Below, piece by piece: positions 41,193-51,800 of a stretch of DNA of 64,000 nt. Numbering within the stretch: the first letter of the stretch is position 1; each line of letters starts with the position of its first letter. Source of the stretch: Desulfosudaceae bacterium (lineage in GTDB: Bacteria > Desulfobacterota > Desulfobacteria > Desulfobacterales > Desulfosudaceae); NCBI GenBank assembly GCA_963674745.2, contig CAXXDV010000003.1:544001-608000 (forward strand), given 5' to 3'. The notes below the pieces were generated by a model, which made no database searches, had not been told where the DNA came from, and was given only the letters and a program-made list of their open reading frames with translations. The translations under genes and the position numbers were made by a program.

Positions 41193-41301
41193 GGGCACGG
41201 CACGCCGTGCCCCTACGTGGACGTCATTTGCGATTGGATGCAACATGCCGTTCATATACATGCTTATGCCACGGCCGTATGGGCGACCGGCTGGTCGCCC
41301 G
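41193..41301 (+). repeat. 109-bp direct repeat of 40485-40593 (REP doublet)
   Basis: Manual comparison shows one substitution (GTAGGGGCG vs GTATGGGCG). Confidence 0.92.
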
Positions 41302-41316
41302 TTTCAGGAATAAAAT

Positions 41317-41368
41317 AAAAAAACCGGGCGGCAAAACCATTTGCTGGTTTATTGCCGCCCGGTTTTTT
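41317..41368 (-). terminator. Rho-independent terminator, possibly bidirectional
   Basis: AAAAAAACCGGGCGGCAA...TTGCCGCCCGGTTTTTT downstream of the H1-like gene. Confidence 0.8.
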
Positions 41369-41401
41369 GTTAAAAGGGGAGCAATCGTAAAATAAAGTCT
41401 T

Positions 41402-41758
41402 CTACTTTTTGGTGCGCTTCTTGGCCGCGGTCTTTTTCTTGGCTGCAGGTTTTTTCTTGGCTGCGGTTTTTTTCTTAGCTGCAGTCTTCTTGGTGACTTT
41501 TTTCTTAGCTGCTTTTTTCTTGGCTGCGGTCTTTTTGGGAGCGGCTTTTTTCTTAGCCGCAGTCTTTTTCTTAGCAGCCTTTTTGGTTGCGGTCTTCTTG
41601 GCGGCTGTTTTCTTTGCTGCAGTCTTTTTCTTAGCAGTTTTCTTGGTTGCGGTTTTCTTGGCAGCCGTCTTCTTCTTAGCTGCAGTCTTCTTCTTTGCTG
41701 CGGTTTTCTTCTTCGCGGTAGCCTTTTTGGCGGCTGCTTTTTTCTTAGCTGGTGCCAT
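41402..41758 (-). CDS. Histone H1-like Lys/Ala-rich DNA-binding protein
   Basis: 118 aa almost entirely KKTAA/KKAA repeats; RBS AAGGAGG; own terminator. Confidence 0.85.
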   Translation of the reverse strand: MAPAKKKAAAKKATAKKKTAAKKKTAAKKKTAAKKTATKKTAKKKTAAKKTAAKKTATKKAAKKKTAAKKKAAPKKTAAKKKAAKKKVTKKTAAKKKTAAKKKPAAKKKTAAKKRTKK

Positions 41759-41871
41759 AAGCCCCTCCTTTAATTTTTTTTTGATGTGTTCCCCTACCTC
41801 GTTCCTTTAACGAGGGTTTTATTGAAATTGTTTAAGGCGTTATATGAAAATTGTGCCTATTTTTTATTATT

Positions 41872-41887
41872 ATACAATATATAGTGT
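41872..41887. promoter_or_regulatory. Candidate NrdR box overlapping a TTGACA -35 hexamer
   Basis: ATACAATATATAGTGT vs consensus acaCwAtATaTwGtgt (15/16); minus-strand TTGACA at 41892-41887. Confidence 0.55.
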
Positions 41888-41914
41888 GTCAACCCTTTTT
41901 TTTAAAATTATATA

Positions 41915-44056
41915 TTATTTTTCGACCCTTACGGGCAGGCCGGAAAAAGCGGCATTGCCGCTTACGTCAATTCTCTTGTCATCCGTTATATCGTTTATAT
42001 TGACACCCGGGTTTTTCGCTGCCACGTGCAAAGCCACGCCAGGCCTGTCGTGACCCCATCCATGGGGTATGCTGACAACACCCGGCATGATGCGATCGGT
42101 AACTTCAGCCTCGATGTCGATGCTGCCGATAGTTGATGTCACCCGGACAGAATCACCGGGTTTGATGGACCTGTTTTCCGCGTCTTCGCTGTTGATAATA
42201 AGTGTGCAGCGGTTGGTTTGGTTTTGCATGGACGGGTAGTTGTGGAACCAGGAATTGTTGGACATCAAATTGCGTCGGCTGATCAGCAGCAGATCAAATT
42301 CTTGTGTCGATGTTTTTGGCGCATCCGGTTCCAGGTTGTGCTCGACGGATTTTAATTCGTTTATCAGCAGTTCCGGGGCAAGGTTGATTCTTTTGTCTTT
42401 TGTAAACAGCCGGTCCGGAAGCCTTGATACCAACGGTCCAAGGTCGATACCATGTTCGGCGCGTTTGACTTTTGACAGTGTCAGGCCCGAACCCAGAACG
42501 TTGAACCCCGTACCATGGGGACCAAAGCGCAGCATCAGGCCGAGCAGTCGTTCCGGTTTGGCCTGTCTGATTGCAAAACGGAACAGCGGATTCGAAACGA
42601 ATCGCGCGCTCAGTTCGGAAAGGATCTGCCAGTTGTGGCGTGTGTCCGGACGGGGCTGAAATACCGGTTTCGTATACGCGGCATAATTGCGGGCGCCCGC
42701 CAGGTTGATCATGGTCATGAAGTTGTGGTGTTCCAGGATACAGGTCGGCGGCAAAATGATATGGGCATGGCGGGATGATTCGTGGATGTACCAGTCGATG
42801 GCGACCATGAAGTCCAGGTGCGCCAGGGCCTTGTCCATCAGCCGGCCGTTGGGCGCGGCCACTACCGGGTTGCCGGCAATGGTCAGCAACGCCCTGATGC
42901 GGCCTTCTCCTTCGGTGAGAATTTCTTCGGCCAGAACCGAGCTCGGAAATTCTCCGGCAAAGTTCGGCAATCCGCTGACCCGTGAATGATGCCGGCCCAC
43001 ATAACCCTTTTCATTCCCTTTGGCCGCAAAGTCAACCAGGTCAAGGGCGGGCGTGGGGAACATGTAACCACCGGGTTGATCCATCTTGCCGGTGATGATG
43101 TTAAACGCCAGTATCAGCCAGGTGGACAGGGAGCCGTAAGCCTGAACGCTGGTGCCCATCCGGCCGTAGCACACGGCTTTGTCGGCATTGCAGAATTCCT
43201 TTGCCAATTGACGGATGTCATCGGCGTTGATACCGGTGATAGCGGCGGTCTTTTCCGGTGTAAAATTTTTGACGGCGGTTTTAACCGCATCGATCCCGTC
43301 TGTAAAACCGGCCAGCCGGCCGGGCTTGTCCAGCCCTTCTTCAAAAACGGTGTTGACCAGGGCGGCCAGAAAATAGACATCCGTACCCGGACGGATGAAC
43401 AGGTGCTGATCCGCAAGGGAAGCGGTTCTGGTTTTTACCGGGTCTATTACCACCACCTTGCCCTGTCGTTTCTGAATACGTTTGATCCGCGGGGCAACGC
43501 CCGAGGCGGTCATGATGCTGCCGCCGGACACAACCGGGTTGGCACCGATGACAAGGAAGTAATCGGTCCGGTCGATATCCGGTACCGGGAACAGAAACTG
43601 ATGGCCGAACATCAGGTAGCAGCACATCATCAGCGGCAGCTGATCAAGGGAACTGGAAGAATAGCGGTTTTTTGTTTTCAGGGCTTTTATCAGAAAGCCG
43701 ATATAAAGCATGTTGCCATGATAATGAGCATTGGGATTGCCGAGGAAAGTGGCCAGGGCATTGTCGCCGTATTGGTCGCAGATTTTTTTTATCTGTTGTT
43801 CTGTTTCATCAAAAGCCTGCTGCCAGCTGATCTGCCGCCACTCGTTGCCGAATCGTTTGACCGGGTACTTGAGGCGATCGGGATCGTTGTAGAGATCTTT
43901 AAGAGCGATGGCTTTGGGGCAGATAAAACCGTTGGAAAACGTGTTCTGCCGGTCCCCGCGAATGGACAGGATTTCCTTGTCGCGGATCGTAACTTCAAGC
44001 CCGCACTCTGCTTCGCATACAGGGCAGGTTATGAAATGTTTTATGGTATCCGGCAT
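41915..44056 (-). CDS. Molybdopterin (bis-MGD) oxidoreductase, DMSO reductase superfamily, with [4Fe-4S]
   Basis: CPVCEAECG...CPK, DRLKYP, GANP, VIDP, RPGTD, C-terminal molybdopterin-dinucleotide-binding domain; no Tat leader. Confidence 0.92.
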   Translation of the reverse strand: MPDTIKHFITCPVCEAECGLEVTIRDKEILSIRGDRQNTFSNGFICPKAIALKDLYNDPDRLKYPVKRFGNEWRQISWQQAFDETEQQIKKICDQYGDNALATFLGNPNAHYHGNMLYIGFLIKALKTKNRYSSSSLDQLPLMMCCYLMFGHQFLFPVPDIDRTDYFLVIGANPVVSGGSIMTASGVAPRIKRIQKRQGKVVVIDPVKTRTASLADQHLFIRPGTDVYFLAALVNTVFEEGLDKPGRLAGFTDGIDAVKTAVKNFTPEKTAAITGINADDIRQLAKEFCNADKAVCYGRMGTSVQAYGSLSTWLILAFNIITGKMDQPGGYMFPTPALDLVDFAAKGNEKGYVGRHHSRVSGLPNFAGEFPSSVLAEEILTEGEGRIRALLTIAGNPVVAAPNGRLMDKALAHLDFMVAIDWYIHESSRHAHIILPPTCILEHHNFMTMINLAGARNYAAYTKPVFQPRPDTRHNWQILSELSARFVSNPLFRFAIRQAKPERLLGLMLRFGPHGTGFNVLGSGLTLSKVKRAEHGIDLGPLVSRLPDRLFTKDKRINLAPELLINELKSVEHNLEPDAPKTSTQEFDLLLISRRNLMSNNSWFHNYPSMQNQTNRCTLIINSEDAENRSIKPGDSVRVTSTIGSIDIEAEVTDRIMPGVVSIPHGWGHDRPGVALHVAAKNPGVNINDITDDKRIDVSGNAAFSGLPVRVEK

Positions 44057-44104
44057 TATCCCTCACGGTTTAATTTATAACATGATATATGATAATCTCA
44101 AGAA

Positions 44105-44664
44105 GGTCAAGCGGTTAAAGGTGTTTTAGATTATAAAGTTTCAGGTTTTATGGTTTTATGGTTTTAGAGTTTTAAAGTTTTAAGTGTTTATGTGATTAAG
44201 TGGTTATGTGATTATGGGATTATGTGATTAAGGGGCTGTTCGCAAATGTAGTAGGGGCACGGCGTGCCGTGCCCTTTTGTTATGGTTTTAGGGTTTTAAA
44301 GTTTTAAGTGGTTATGTGTTTATGTGATTAAGTGGTTATGTGATTATGGGGCTGTTCGCAAATGCTGTAGGGGCACGGCGTGCCGTGCCCTTTTTGTTAT
44401 GGTTATGAGGTTCAGGGTTCAGGGTTCGCCCGTACATGCGTATGCCTCGGCCCTAAGGGCGACCCGCCGGTCGCCCCTACACAACAGAGGAATGCCACAA
44501 CCATTCACGCAAATGCCTCGGCTGTAGGGGCGACCTGCCGGTCGCCCGGTGAAGGGCAACCACAGGGGGTTGCCCCTACATGGACCAATTCACAATCGGG
44601 CACGGCACGCCTTGCCCCTACATGGACGTGATTTGCAATCGGGCACGGCACGCCGTGCCCCTAC
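44105..44664. repeat. Composite REP / 8-mer cluster, same element order as 40025-40530
   Basis: Long GGTTTTA/TGTGATTA/AGTGGTTA arrays; seven GTAGGGGC-type REP hairpins; 44524-44621 closely matches 40411-40508. Confidence 0.9.
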
Positions 44665-44910
44665 GGGACTGTGCAGGCATGTTTAATTGTCTGGACGGTT
44701 TAATTTTTAAGGGTATTGTGATAACGTTTTTGTTCAAGGGCATCGGGACGAAAAATAATTTTTAACGATGCCCAGTCATCACAAAAAACGCGGTTACCCG
44801 GGGGCTGTAATTCTTTAAACAAAACCAAGGACAGTAATCGTTGTAAATTTTTTTTGGTGTCTGAAGAACCCCGGATTTATCAGTAACCATTTTAAACAAC
44901 AGGTGGCAGA

Positions 44911-46029
44911 TTGAACAGTGTCTACGAAAAGCGGATAGAAGGGATAAGGGCAGGTTTGGTCAAAGCCAATATTGATACGCTGCTGGTGACCAACGCGGAA
45001 AACCGTCGCTACTTGAGCGGCTTTACGGGAGAGGACGGCGGGATAAACGAATCGGCCGGGGCGTTATTGATTACGGCTGACAAACTGGTCCTGGTTACCG
45101 ACTCGCGTTATACGCTGCAGGCGGCGGACGAGGCCGAATCATACCAGATCTGTCAGAACAAACACGGCATGGCCAAAGAGCTGCCGGCGCTGCTCAAGCA
45201 GTTAAACACGCGATGCCTGGGGTTTGAAGCCGAACGCATGCCCCATGCCGAGTATACAAAAATTACCGAAGGCTTGAACAAAGAAGACGCCGCCGTCCGG
45301 ATGACGGCGGTGGATGACTGGCTGGGCAATCTCCGGGTGCGCAAGGCGGCAGAAGAAGTCGATGCCATGCAGCGGGCGCTGATCCTTTCGGAAACCGCTT
45401 TTGAAACGTTTCTGGCCGAAGACTTTAAAACAGGGATAACGGAAAAACAGGCCGCCTGGCTGCTGGAAAAACACATGCGTGAAGCCGGGGCCGAAGGCAT
45501 GGCGTTTCCCGTTATCGCCGCTTTTGGCGACAACAGCGCCCGGCCTCACGCTATCTGCGGTGACCGGCCGTTAAAAGAGGGCGCACCGGTATTGTTCGAC
45601 TGGGGGGCAAAGCTGGACGGTTATTGCGCCGATATTTCCAGGAGCTTTATGTGGGGGCAGGCCGACGACACCTATCGCAAGGTGCATCGCACGGTTTATG
45701 AAGCCCAGCAAATGGCCAAAGAAAAAATTAAACCGGGCATGGCCGCCAGTGAGGTTGACGCCGTGGCCCGGGAGCACATCGACCGGGCGGGTTACAAAGA
45801 CAGGTTCGGTCACGGCCTGGGGCACGGGGTCGGCCTGGCCATCCATGAGCCGCCCCGGGTCAGCCCGCCGAGCGAGGCAACCATTGAAGAAGGCATGGTC
45901 TTTACCGTTGAACCGGCCATCTATCTGCCCGGATGGGGCGGGGTCAGGATCGAGAACATGGTGGTGGTGCGGACCGACGGCGCGGAAACATTGAACCAAA
46001 GTGACGGCAGTATTCCGGAGCGTGTCTGA
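44911..46029 (+). CDS. Xaa-Pro aminopeptidase (M24B)
   Basis: Creatinase-like N-domain; PHA, DWG, YCADISR, HGLGHGVG.AIHE.P, TVEP, GVRIE. Confidence 0.93.
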   Translation: MNSVYEKRIEGIRAGLVKANIDTLLVTNAENRRYLSGFTGEDGGINESAGALLITADKLVLVTDSRYTLQAADEAESYQICQNKHGMAKELPALLKQLNTRCLGFEAERMPHAEYTKITEGLNKEDAAVRMTAVDDWLGNLRVRKAAEEVDAMQRALILSETAFETFLAEDFKTGITEKQAAWLLEKHMREAGAEGMAFPVIAAFGDNSARPHAICGDRPLKEGAPVLFDWGAKLDGYCADISRSFMWGQADDTYRKVHRTVYEAQQMAKEKIKPGMAASEVDAVAREHIDRAGYKDRFGHGLGHGVGLAIHEPPRVSPPSEATIEEGMVFTVEPAIYLPGWGGVRIENMVVVRTDGAETLNQSDGSIPERV

Positions 46030-46922
46030 TGGACAAGCTTGATGATTACATCGATCAGTACCTGAATTACCTGCTGATTGAAAAAGGGTTGTCGAAAAAC
46101 ACGATGGCCGCTTACAGCAGCGACCTGTCGGCTTACGCCGATTTTTTAAAAAGCAACCGGATCGATTGCGTTTCCGAAGACGACATGGCGGTTGTCCTCA
46201 AGTACCTTATCGATCTCCGGGGCAGCGGCCTGGGAAAACGGTCCCGGGCGCGGCACCTGGTCACGCTGCGGGGCTTTTACAAATACCTGGTTCAGGAAAG
46301 ATTTCTCAAGCAGAACCCGGTGAATATTGTCGATCTTCCCAAGATCGGCTTCAGGCTGCCGGATGTGTTGACGGTCGAGGAAGTGATCGCGCTGCTGGAC
46401 GCGCCCGATATCACCAATCCCAGGGGAAAACGCGATTCAGCCATGCTGGAGCTGCTTTATGCCGCCGGCTTGCGAGTGTCCGAACTGGTCAATGTGGCGG
46501 TCCAGGATGTGAACACCGAAGTGTCTTTTATCCGGGTGTTCGGAAAAGGGGCCAAGGAGCGGCTGATTCCTACCGGCCGGATGGCGGCCGACAAACTCGA
46601 CGATTACATGAAAACCGCCCGGCCGCTGTTGCTCAAAGACCATGTCAGCCGTTTTCTTTTTGTCGCCTGGCGGGGGCAGCCCATGACCCGGCAGGGGTTC
46701 TGGAAGCTGATTAAAAAATACGCCCGCGCTGCCGGTTTGGATAAACGGGTAACCCCTCACTCCCTGCGCCATTCCTTTGCCAGCCATCTGCTTGAAGGCG
46801 GGGCCGACCTGCGGTCTGTCCAGATGATGCTCGGTCACACGGATATTTCAACCACCCAGATTTACACCCATGTGGCTTACGGCCATTTAAAGGAGGTGCA
46901 TTCCCGATTCCATCCAAGATAG
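46029..46922 (+). CDS. xerD: Site-specific tyrosine recombinase XerD
   Basis: EKGLS.NT, LP..L, GLRVSEL, GKG.KER, TRQGFW, HSLRHSFA.HLL.GGADLR.VQ.MLGH..ISTTQIYTH. Confidence 0.93.
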   Translation: MDKLDDYIDQYLNYLLIEKGLSKNTMAAYSSDLSAYADFLKSNRIDCVSEDDMAVVLKYLIDLRGSGLGKRSRARHLVTLRGFYKYLVQERFLKQNPVNIVDLPKIGFRLPDVLTVEEVIALLDAPDITNPRGKRDSAMLELLYAAGLRVSELVNVAVQDVNTEVSFIRVFGKGAKERLIPTGRMAADKLDDYMKTARPLLLKDHVSRFLFVAWRGQPMTRQGFWKLIKKYARAAGLDKRVTPHSLRHSFASHLLEGGADLRSVQMMLGHTDISTTQIYTHVAYGHLKEVHSRFHPR

Positions 46923-47049
46923 AGCTTGACAATAGACCCAAAAATTTTGAAGATTGACAGATTTAGTAGGAAATAGCCGGGTGGTTTCTTTTTTAACGGC
47001 GGCGCAATCCGCCGGATGTGACGGCCAAATATCGGGGGAGATGGCAGGT

Positions 47050-48711
47050 ATGAATTTTACTTCTGAGAGGCAGTTGTCGCGGGGTTCAAGAATCGGCACA
47101 TGGCGCGACAGCGAAGGGGCATCACCGGAAGAGGGTCAAGAAGCGATAAGATCAGCGCTGTTTTCTGTTTCCAGGCCCGTGTTTCTGGTGGAAAAAGACG
47201 GAGCTGCCGGCGTCGCCACGCAGGGACGGGCGGAATTATCGACGTCAGGACAACCCGGACAGGGATATCCCCTGGTCGGTTACGCGCCGCCTTTGCCGCC
47301 TGAAAATTTCGGGGACCCGTGGTTTAAAAAAATGATCGGCCTGCGTTACCCCTATGTGGGGGGCGCCATGGCCAACGGCATTACCTCGGTTAAAATGGTG
47401 CAGGCCCTGGCCGGGGCGGGCATGGTCGGTTTTTTCGGCGCGGCCGGACTACCGCCGGAAAAGGTGGAAGCGGCCTTAACGGAACTTCAGTCCTCCCTGC
47501 CGGATCTGCCTTTCGGTGTCAATCTTATCCACTCACCGGTTGATGCCTCCCTGGAACAGGCCATTGTTGATTTATACCTGAAAAAACAGGTTCGCCTGAT
47601 CAGCGCTTCGGCTTACATGCGGCTGACACCTTATATTGTTTTATTCCGGGTCAAGGGAATCCATACCGACAGCCAGGGCCGTATCGTGGCGCCCAACCGG
47701 ATTGTGGCCAAGGTCTCCCGGGTTGAAGTGGCGGCCCGGTTTTTTACCCCGCCCCCGGAAAAAATATTAAACGGCCTGGTCCAGCAGGGCCTGATTACAG
47801 ACGAAGAAGCCCGGCTGGCCGAAAACATCCCCATGGCGGACGCCTTGACGGCGGAAGCCGACTCCGGCGGACATACGGACAACCGTCCGGCCCTGTCATT
47901 GCTGCCGACCATGCTGACCCTGCGCGACGAGATATGCGCGCAATACAATTACCCGCAATCCATTCCCGTCGGTCTCGGGGGCGGTATCGCCACGCCCGAA
48001 GCCACTGCCGCCGCCTTTGCCATGGGCGCCGCGTACGTGGTCACCGGCTCGGTCAACCAGGCCTGTGTTGAAGCCGGTGTAACACAGACCGTGCGGAATA
48101 TGCTGGTCTCGGCCGAACAGGCGGATGTGACCATGGCGCCCGCGGCGGACATGTTTGAAATGGGCGGAAAGGTCCAGGTGTTAAAACGCGGTACCATGTT
48201 TGCCATGCGGGCCGCCAAACTTTATGACCTGTATGTCAGGCATAAAAGCTATGACGAGCTGCCGGCCAAAGAAAAAGAGAATATCGAAAAGAATCTTCTG
48301 CGACGCGGGTTTGAAGAAGAGTGGCAGGAGACGCGAAGGTTTTTCGAGATTCGTGATCCCAGGCAGATAGAACGGGCGGAAAAAGACGCCCGGCATAAAA
48401 TGGCCCTGGTTTTCCGTTCTTACCTGGGCCGGTCTTCCATGTGGGGGATTACCGGTGAAGAAGACCGCAAGGTGGATTACCAGATCTGGTGCGGACCGTC
48501 CATGGGCGCGTTTAATGAATGGGCCCGGGGCAGTTTCCTGGAAAAAGCCGAAAATCGTGATGTTACTACCGTGGCCATGAATCTCCTTTTCGGGGCTTCG
48601 GTGGTGTCCCGGTTCGGCTGGATTCAATGCCAGGGCGGGGCTTTACCACCAACAGCAGGCAAGGTGAGGCCCATGCAGTTGGATGAAATCAACAACTGGA
48701 TGGCAAAGTAA
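47050..48711 (+). CDS. pfaD: PfaD-family enoyl reductase (PUFA/polyketide synthase)
   Basis: GAMANGI, VNLIHSP, AKVSR.EVA, EADSGGHTDNRP, MAPAADMFEMG, DYQIWCGP; start 47041 or 47050. Confidence 0.95.
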   Translation: MNFTSERQLSRGSRIGTWRDSEGASPEEGQEAIRSALFSVSRPVFLVEKDGAAGVATQGRAELSTSGQPGQGYPLVGYAPPLPPENFGDPWFKKMIGLRYPYVGGAMANGITSVKMVQALAGAGMVGFFGAAGLPPEKVEAALTELQSSLPDLPFGVNLIHSPVDASLEQAIVDLYLKKQVRLISASAYMRLTPYIVLFRVKGIHTDSQGRIVAPNRIVAKVSRVEVAARFFTPPPEKILNGLVQQGLITDEEARLAENIPMADALTAEADSGGHTDNRPALSLLPTMLTLRDEICAQYNYPQSIPVGLGGGIATPEATAAAFAMGAAYVVTGSVNQACVEAGVTQTVRNMLVSAEQADVTMAPAADMFEMGGKVQVLKRGTMFAMRAAKLYDLYVRHKSYDELPAKEKENIEKNLLRRGFEEEWQETRRFFEIRDPRQIERAEKDARHKMALVFRSYLGRSSMWGITGEEDRKVDYQIWCGPSMGAFNEWARGSFLEKAENRDVTTVAMNLLFGASVVSRFGWIQCQGGALPPTAGKVRPMQLDEINNWMAK

Positions 48712-48821
48712 AAATCCCAACCTCTGCGTTGCGCTTCATCTCTCGGAATTTCACGTACTACATGTACGCTGCATTCCTCGAGATTTGCGACGCCTTGATC
48801 TTGAAATTTTTACTTTGCCAT
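48700..48821. mobile_element. 122-bp MITE-like palindromic element
   Basis: Perfect 16-bp terminal inverted repeats ATGGCAAAGTAAAAAT / ATTTTTACTTTGCCAT; non-coding interior; left end includes the pfaD stop. Confidence 0.75.
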
Positions 48822-48872
48822 TATAATCATTTCAGGCCAATTATTTAAGGTCATGAAAAAAGTTTTGGGAAG

Positions 48873-51800
48873 GTGAGCCAATTGAAGCAGGCGCGAAATA
48901 ACAAGGATCAAAGCATAGCCATCGTGGGAATGGGCAGCCTGTTCCCGAAATCCGCCAATTTAAAAGAATACTGGCGGCTTCTGGCCCGGGGTGAAGACGC
49001 CATTATCGAAGTGCCTTCCTCGCACTGGTCGACGGTTGATTATTACCGTCAGGACACCAGCGGCGGTGATTACACCTATTGCAAGCGGGGCGGTTTTCTT
49101 TCCCCGACATTGTTTGACCCCACGGAATTTAATATTCCGCCCAATATTCTAGAGGCCACCGATACGTCCCAGCTGTTGGGGCTGGTCGTCACCCGCATGG
49201 CCCTCGAAGATGCCGGCTACGGTGAAGGCGGCCGCAACTGGGACCGGGACGCCACCGGCGTGATTGTCGGTGTGACCGGCACCCAGGAACTGTTGATCCC
49301 CTTGAGTTCCCGGCTGGGCTTTCCCATCTGGCGCAAAGCCCTTGAGAATGCCGGTGTCACACAGGAACAGCTTGATCTGGTCATGGAACAGATATCCGAC
49401 GCTTATGTCGGCTGGCAGGAAAGCTCTTTTCCGGGGCTGCTGGGCAATGTGGTGGCCGGCCGGATCGCCAACCGGTTTGATCTGGGCGGAACCAACTGTG
49501 TCGTGGACGCCGCCTGTGCCAGTTCCCTGGCGGCACTTAACCTGGCCGTCCTGGAATTGATTTCCGGCCGGAGCGATATGATGATTGCCGGCGGCATCGA
49601 TACCCTGAATGATATTTTCATGCATATGTGTTTTGTTAAAACAGCGGTTCTCTCTTTTTCCGGTGACGCCAAACCGTTTTCCAAAAGTGCCGACGGTACG
49701 GTGCTGGGCGAGGGGCTGGGCCTGTTTGTGCTCAAGCGGCTGGAAGACGCCGAAAGGGACAAGGACAAAATATATGCCGTTATCAAAGCCATGGGGACTT
49801 CCAGTGACGGCCGGTCGGCGGGCATATACGCCCCGGTGGCCGCAGGACAGGCAAAAGCCATCCGGCGCACCTATGATTACGCCGGTATTTCACCGACCAG
49901 TGTGGAAATGGTAGAGGCCCACGGCACCGGCACCAGGGTCGGCGACGCGGTTGAGTTTGAAGCCCTGGCCGGATGTTTCAAAGAAGCGGGTGTCGAACAG
50001 GGCAGTTGCGCGCTGGGCTCGGTCAAGTCGATGATCGGTCACACCAAGGCGGCCGCGGGCGCCGCCAGTCTGGCCAAGACGGCCCTGTCCTTATACCACA
50101 AGGCCATTCCCCCCACGCTCAAGGTCGACGAACCGGATCCCAAACTGGGACTCGATCAATCGCCGTTTTACATCAGCACCACCCTGAGACCGTGGTTTTC
50201 CAACCGCAAACACCCCCGCCGGGCGGCCATGAGCTCTTTCGGGTTCGGCGGCAGCAATTATCATCTGGTCCTCGAGGAATACGGGGCCGATAAAATAACA
50301 ACGGCCTGGGACAGCACGGTCGAGATCGTCGCTTTTTCCGGGGCTTCAAAAGCCGACGTCGTCCAGAAACTGGGCGACTTAACCGGCGCGGTGACCGAGG
50401 CCGCGTCCGACATCAGCGGATTTTCTACGATCATTGGCCGGCTTGCCGCTGACGCGCGCCAGAGTTTTAACCCCGGGGATAAACATCGCCTACTGGTGAT
50501 TCTTGATCTCATGAAAGACGATGTGCCGGGTGTATTACAAGGCGCGATCGACACAATTAATTCATCCGAACAACCGATCGTGTCCGGCGATAATCTTTTT
50601 TACGGCATATCGGACCATCCGGACGGACCGGTCGGGAAAACCGCTTTTGTATTTCCGGGCCAGGGCAGCCAGTATGTCTATATGGGACGGGACCTGGCGG
50701 TTGTTTTCCCGGAAGCGCACGAAGCCTTTGAAACAGCCAACAAGCAGTTTGATCATTTCCATGATGCCCCTGAAAAACGCCTGTCGGATCATGTTTTTCC
50801 GGCCGGGTATACCGGTGACCGGAAAAAACCGGCTGAAGAAAACCTGCGCAGCACGGACATCGCGCAACCCGCCATCGGCACGGTCAGCCTGGGGATGGCC
50901 CGGGTGCTGACGCGATTCGGCCTGGCTCCCGACATGGCCTGCGGGCACAGTTTCGGCGAGTTGACAGCACTTTGCCAGGCCGGGTGGATGGATGAAGAGA
51001 CGTTTTTATCCCTGGCCGCCGCCCGTGGAAAATACATGGCCGCGGCCGGCAAAGAACCCGGCGCCATGATGGCGGTCAAAGAAGACCTGGCCCGCATTGA
51101 ATCACTGATCACGGAAAACGATCTGGACCTGGTGCTGGCCAACAGAAACAGTTATGACCAGGGGGTTCTGTCGGGCAAAGAAGATGAAATCGAACGCGCC
51201 CTTGGCATCTGCAAACAGCATAAGATCAGGGCCACCCGCCTGCCGGTGTCGGCCGCCTTTCACACCAGACTGGTCCAGGATGCCGCCAAACCATTTCGCG
51301 ACTATCTGCGGAAGAAAGACCTTGCTGCCACGGATATCGCTGTCTATTCCAATACCACGGCCGGTGCTTATCCCAAAGACAGTGCCGAAATAAAGAAGAT
51401 CCTGGGCGGTCAGATCCTGAATCCGGTAAATTTCGTCCAGGAAGTCGAGCAGATGTATGCCGACGGGGCCCGGATTTTCATGGAGATCGGGCCCAAGTCC
51501 GTCCTGACCGGTCTTGTCAAATCGATATTAAAAGGGCGGGAGTTTCATGCCCTGTCGCTGGATGCTTCCGGCGGCCGTAAGAACGGGTTGGTTGATCTGG
51601 CCAAAACCCTGTGCTTTTTTGCTGCTGCCGGTCACCCCGTTAAACTGGAAAACTGGGAAGAGCGCCCCCCGCAGGCTGCCCGGGAGCAGAAAATGCGGGT
51701 GCCCATCTGTGGGGCCAACTACAGAAAAGAACAACCAAAGAAACCCCGACGCATTGCACCGATTGTACAAAAACCGGTCGCCGCGCCGCCGCCGGTCATA

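Noticed and set aside
40345..41395. Short ORFs with ARHAVPL / GATGWSP / GRPAGRPY peptides, also near 44.4, 55.6, 56.3, 59.1 and 63.3 kb
   Set aside because: Translations of REP palindromes; no evidence of coding function.
41409..41810. 133-aa hydrophobic FFLAAV-repeat ORF on +
   Set aside because: Antisense shadow of the Lys/Ala-rich gene, which has the RBS and terminator.
42986..44080. 364-aa plus-strand ORF, and similar long antisense ORFs at 53340-54383 and 60735-61589
   Set aside because: Shadows of well-supported genes in GC-rich coding DNA; no recognisable motifs.
44738..44888. Possible structured RNA upstream of the peptidase (GGGCATCG...CGATGCCC; GGTTACCCGGGG...CCCCGG...GTAACC)
   Set aside because: Only short scattered complementarity; no RNA family recognisable without a covariance search.
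46029..46922. Tyrosine recombinase as a prophage or integron integrase
   Set aside because: Housekeeping XerD signature, coupled to a peptidase gene, no IntI-specific insertion, no phage genes or att sites seen.
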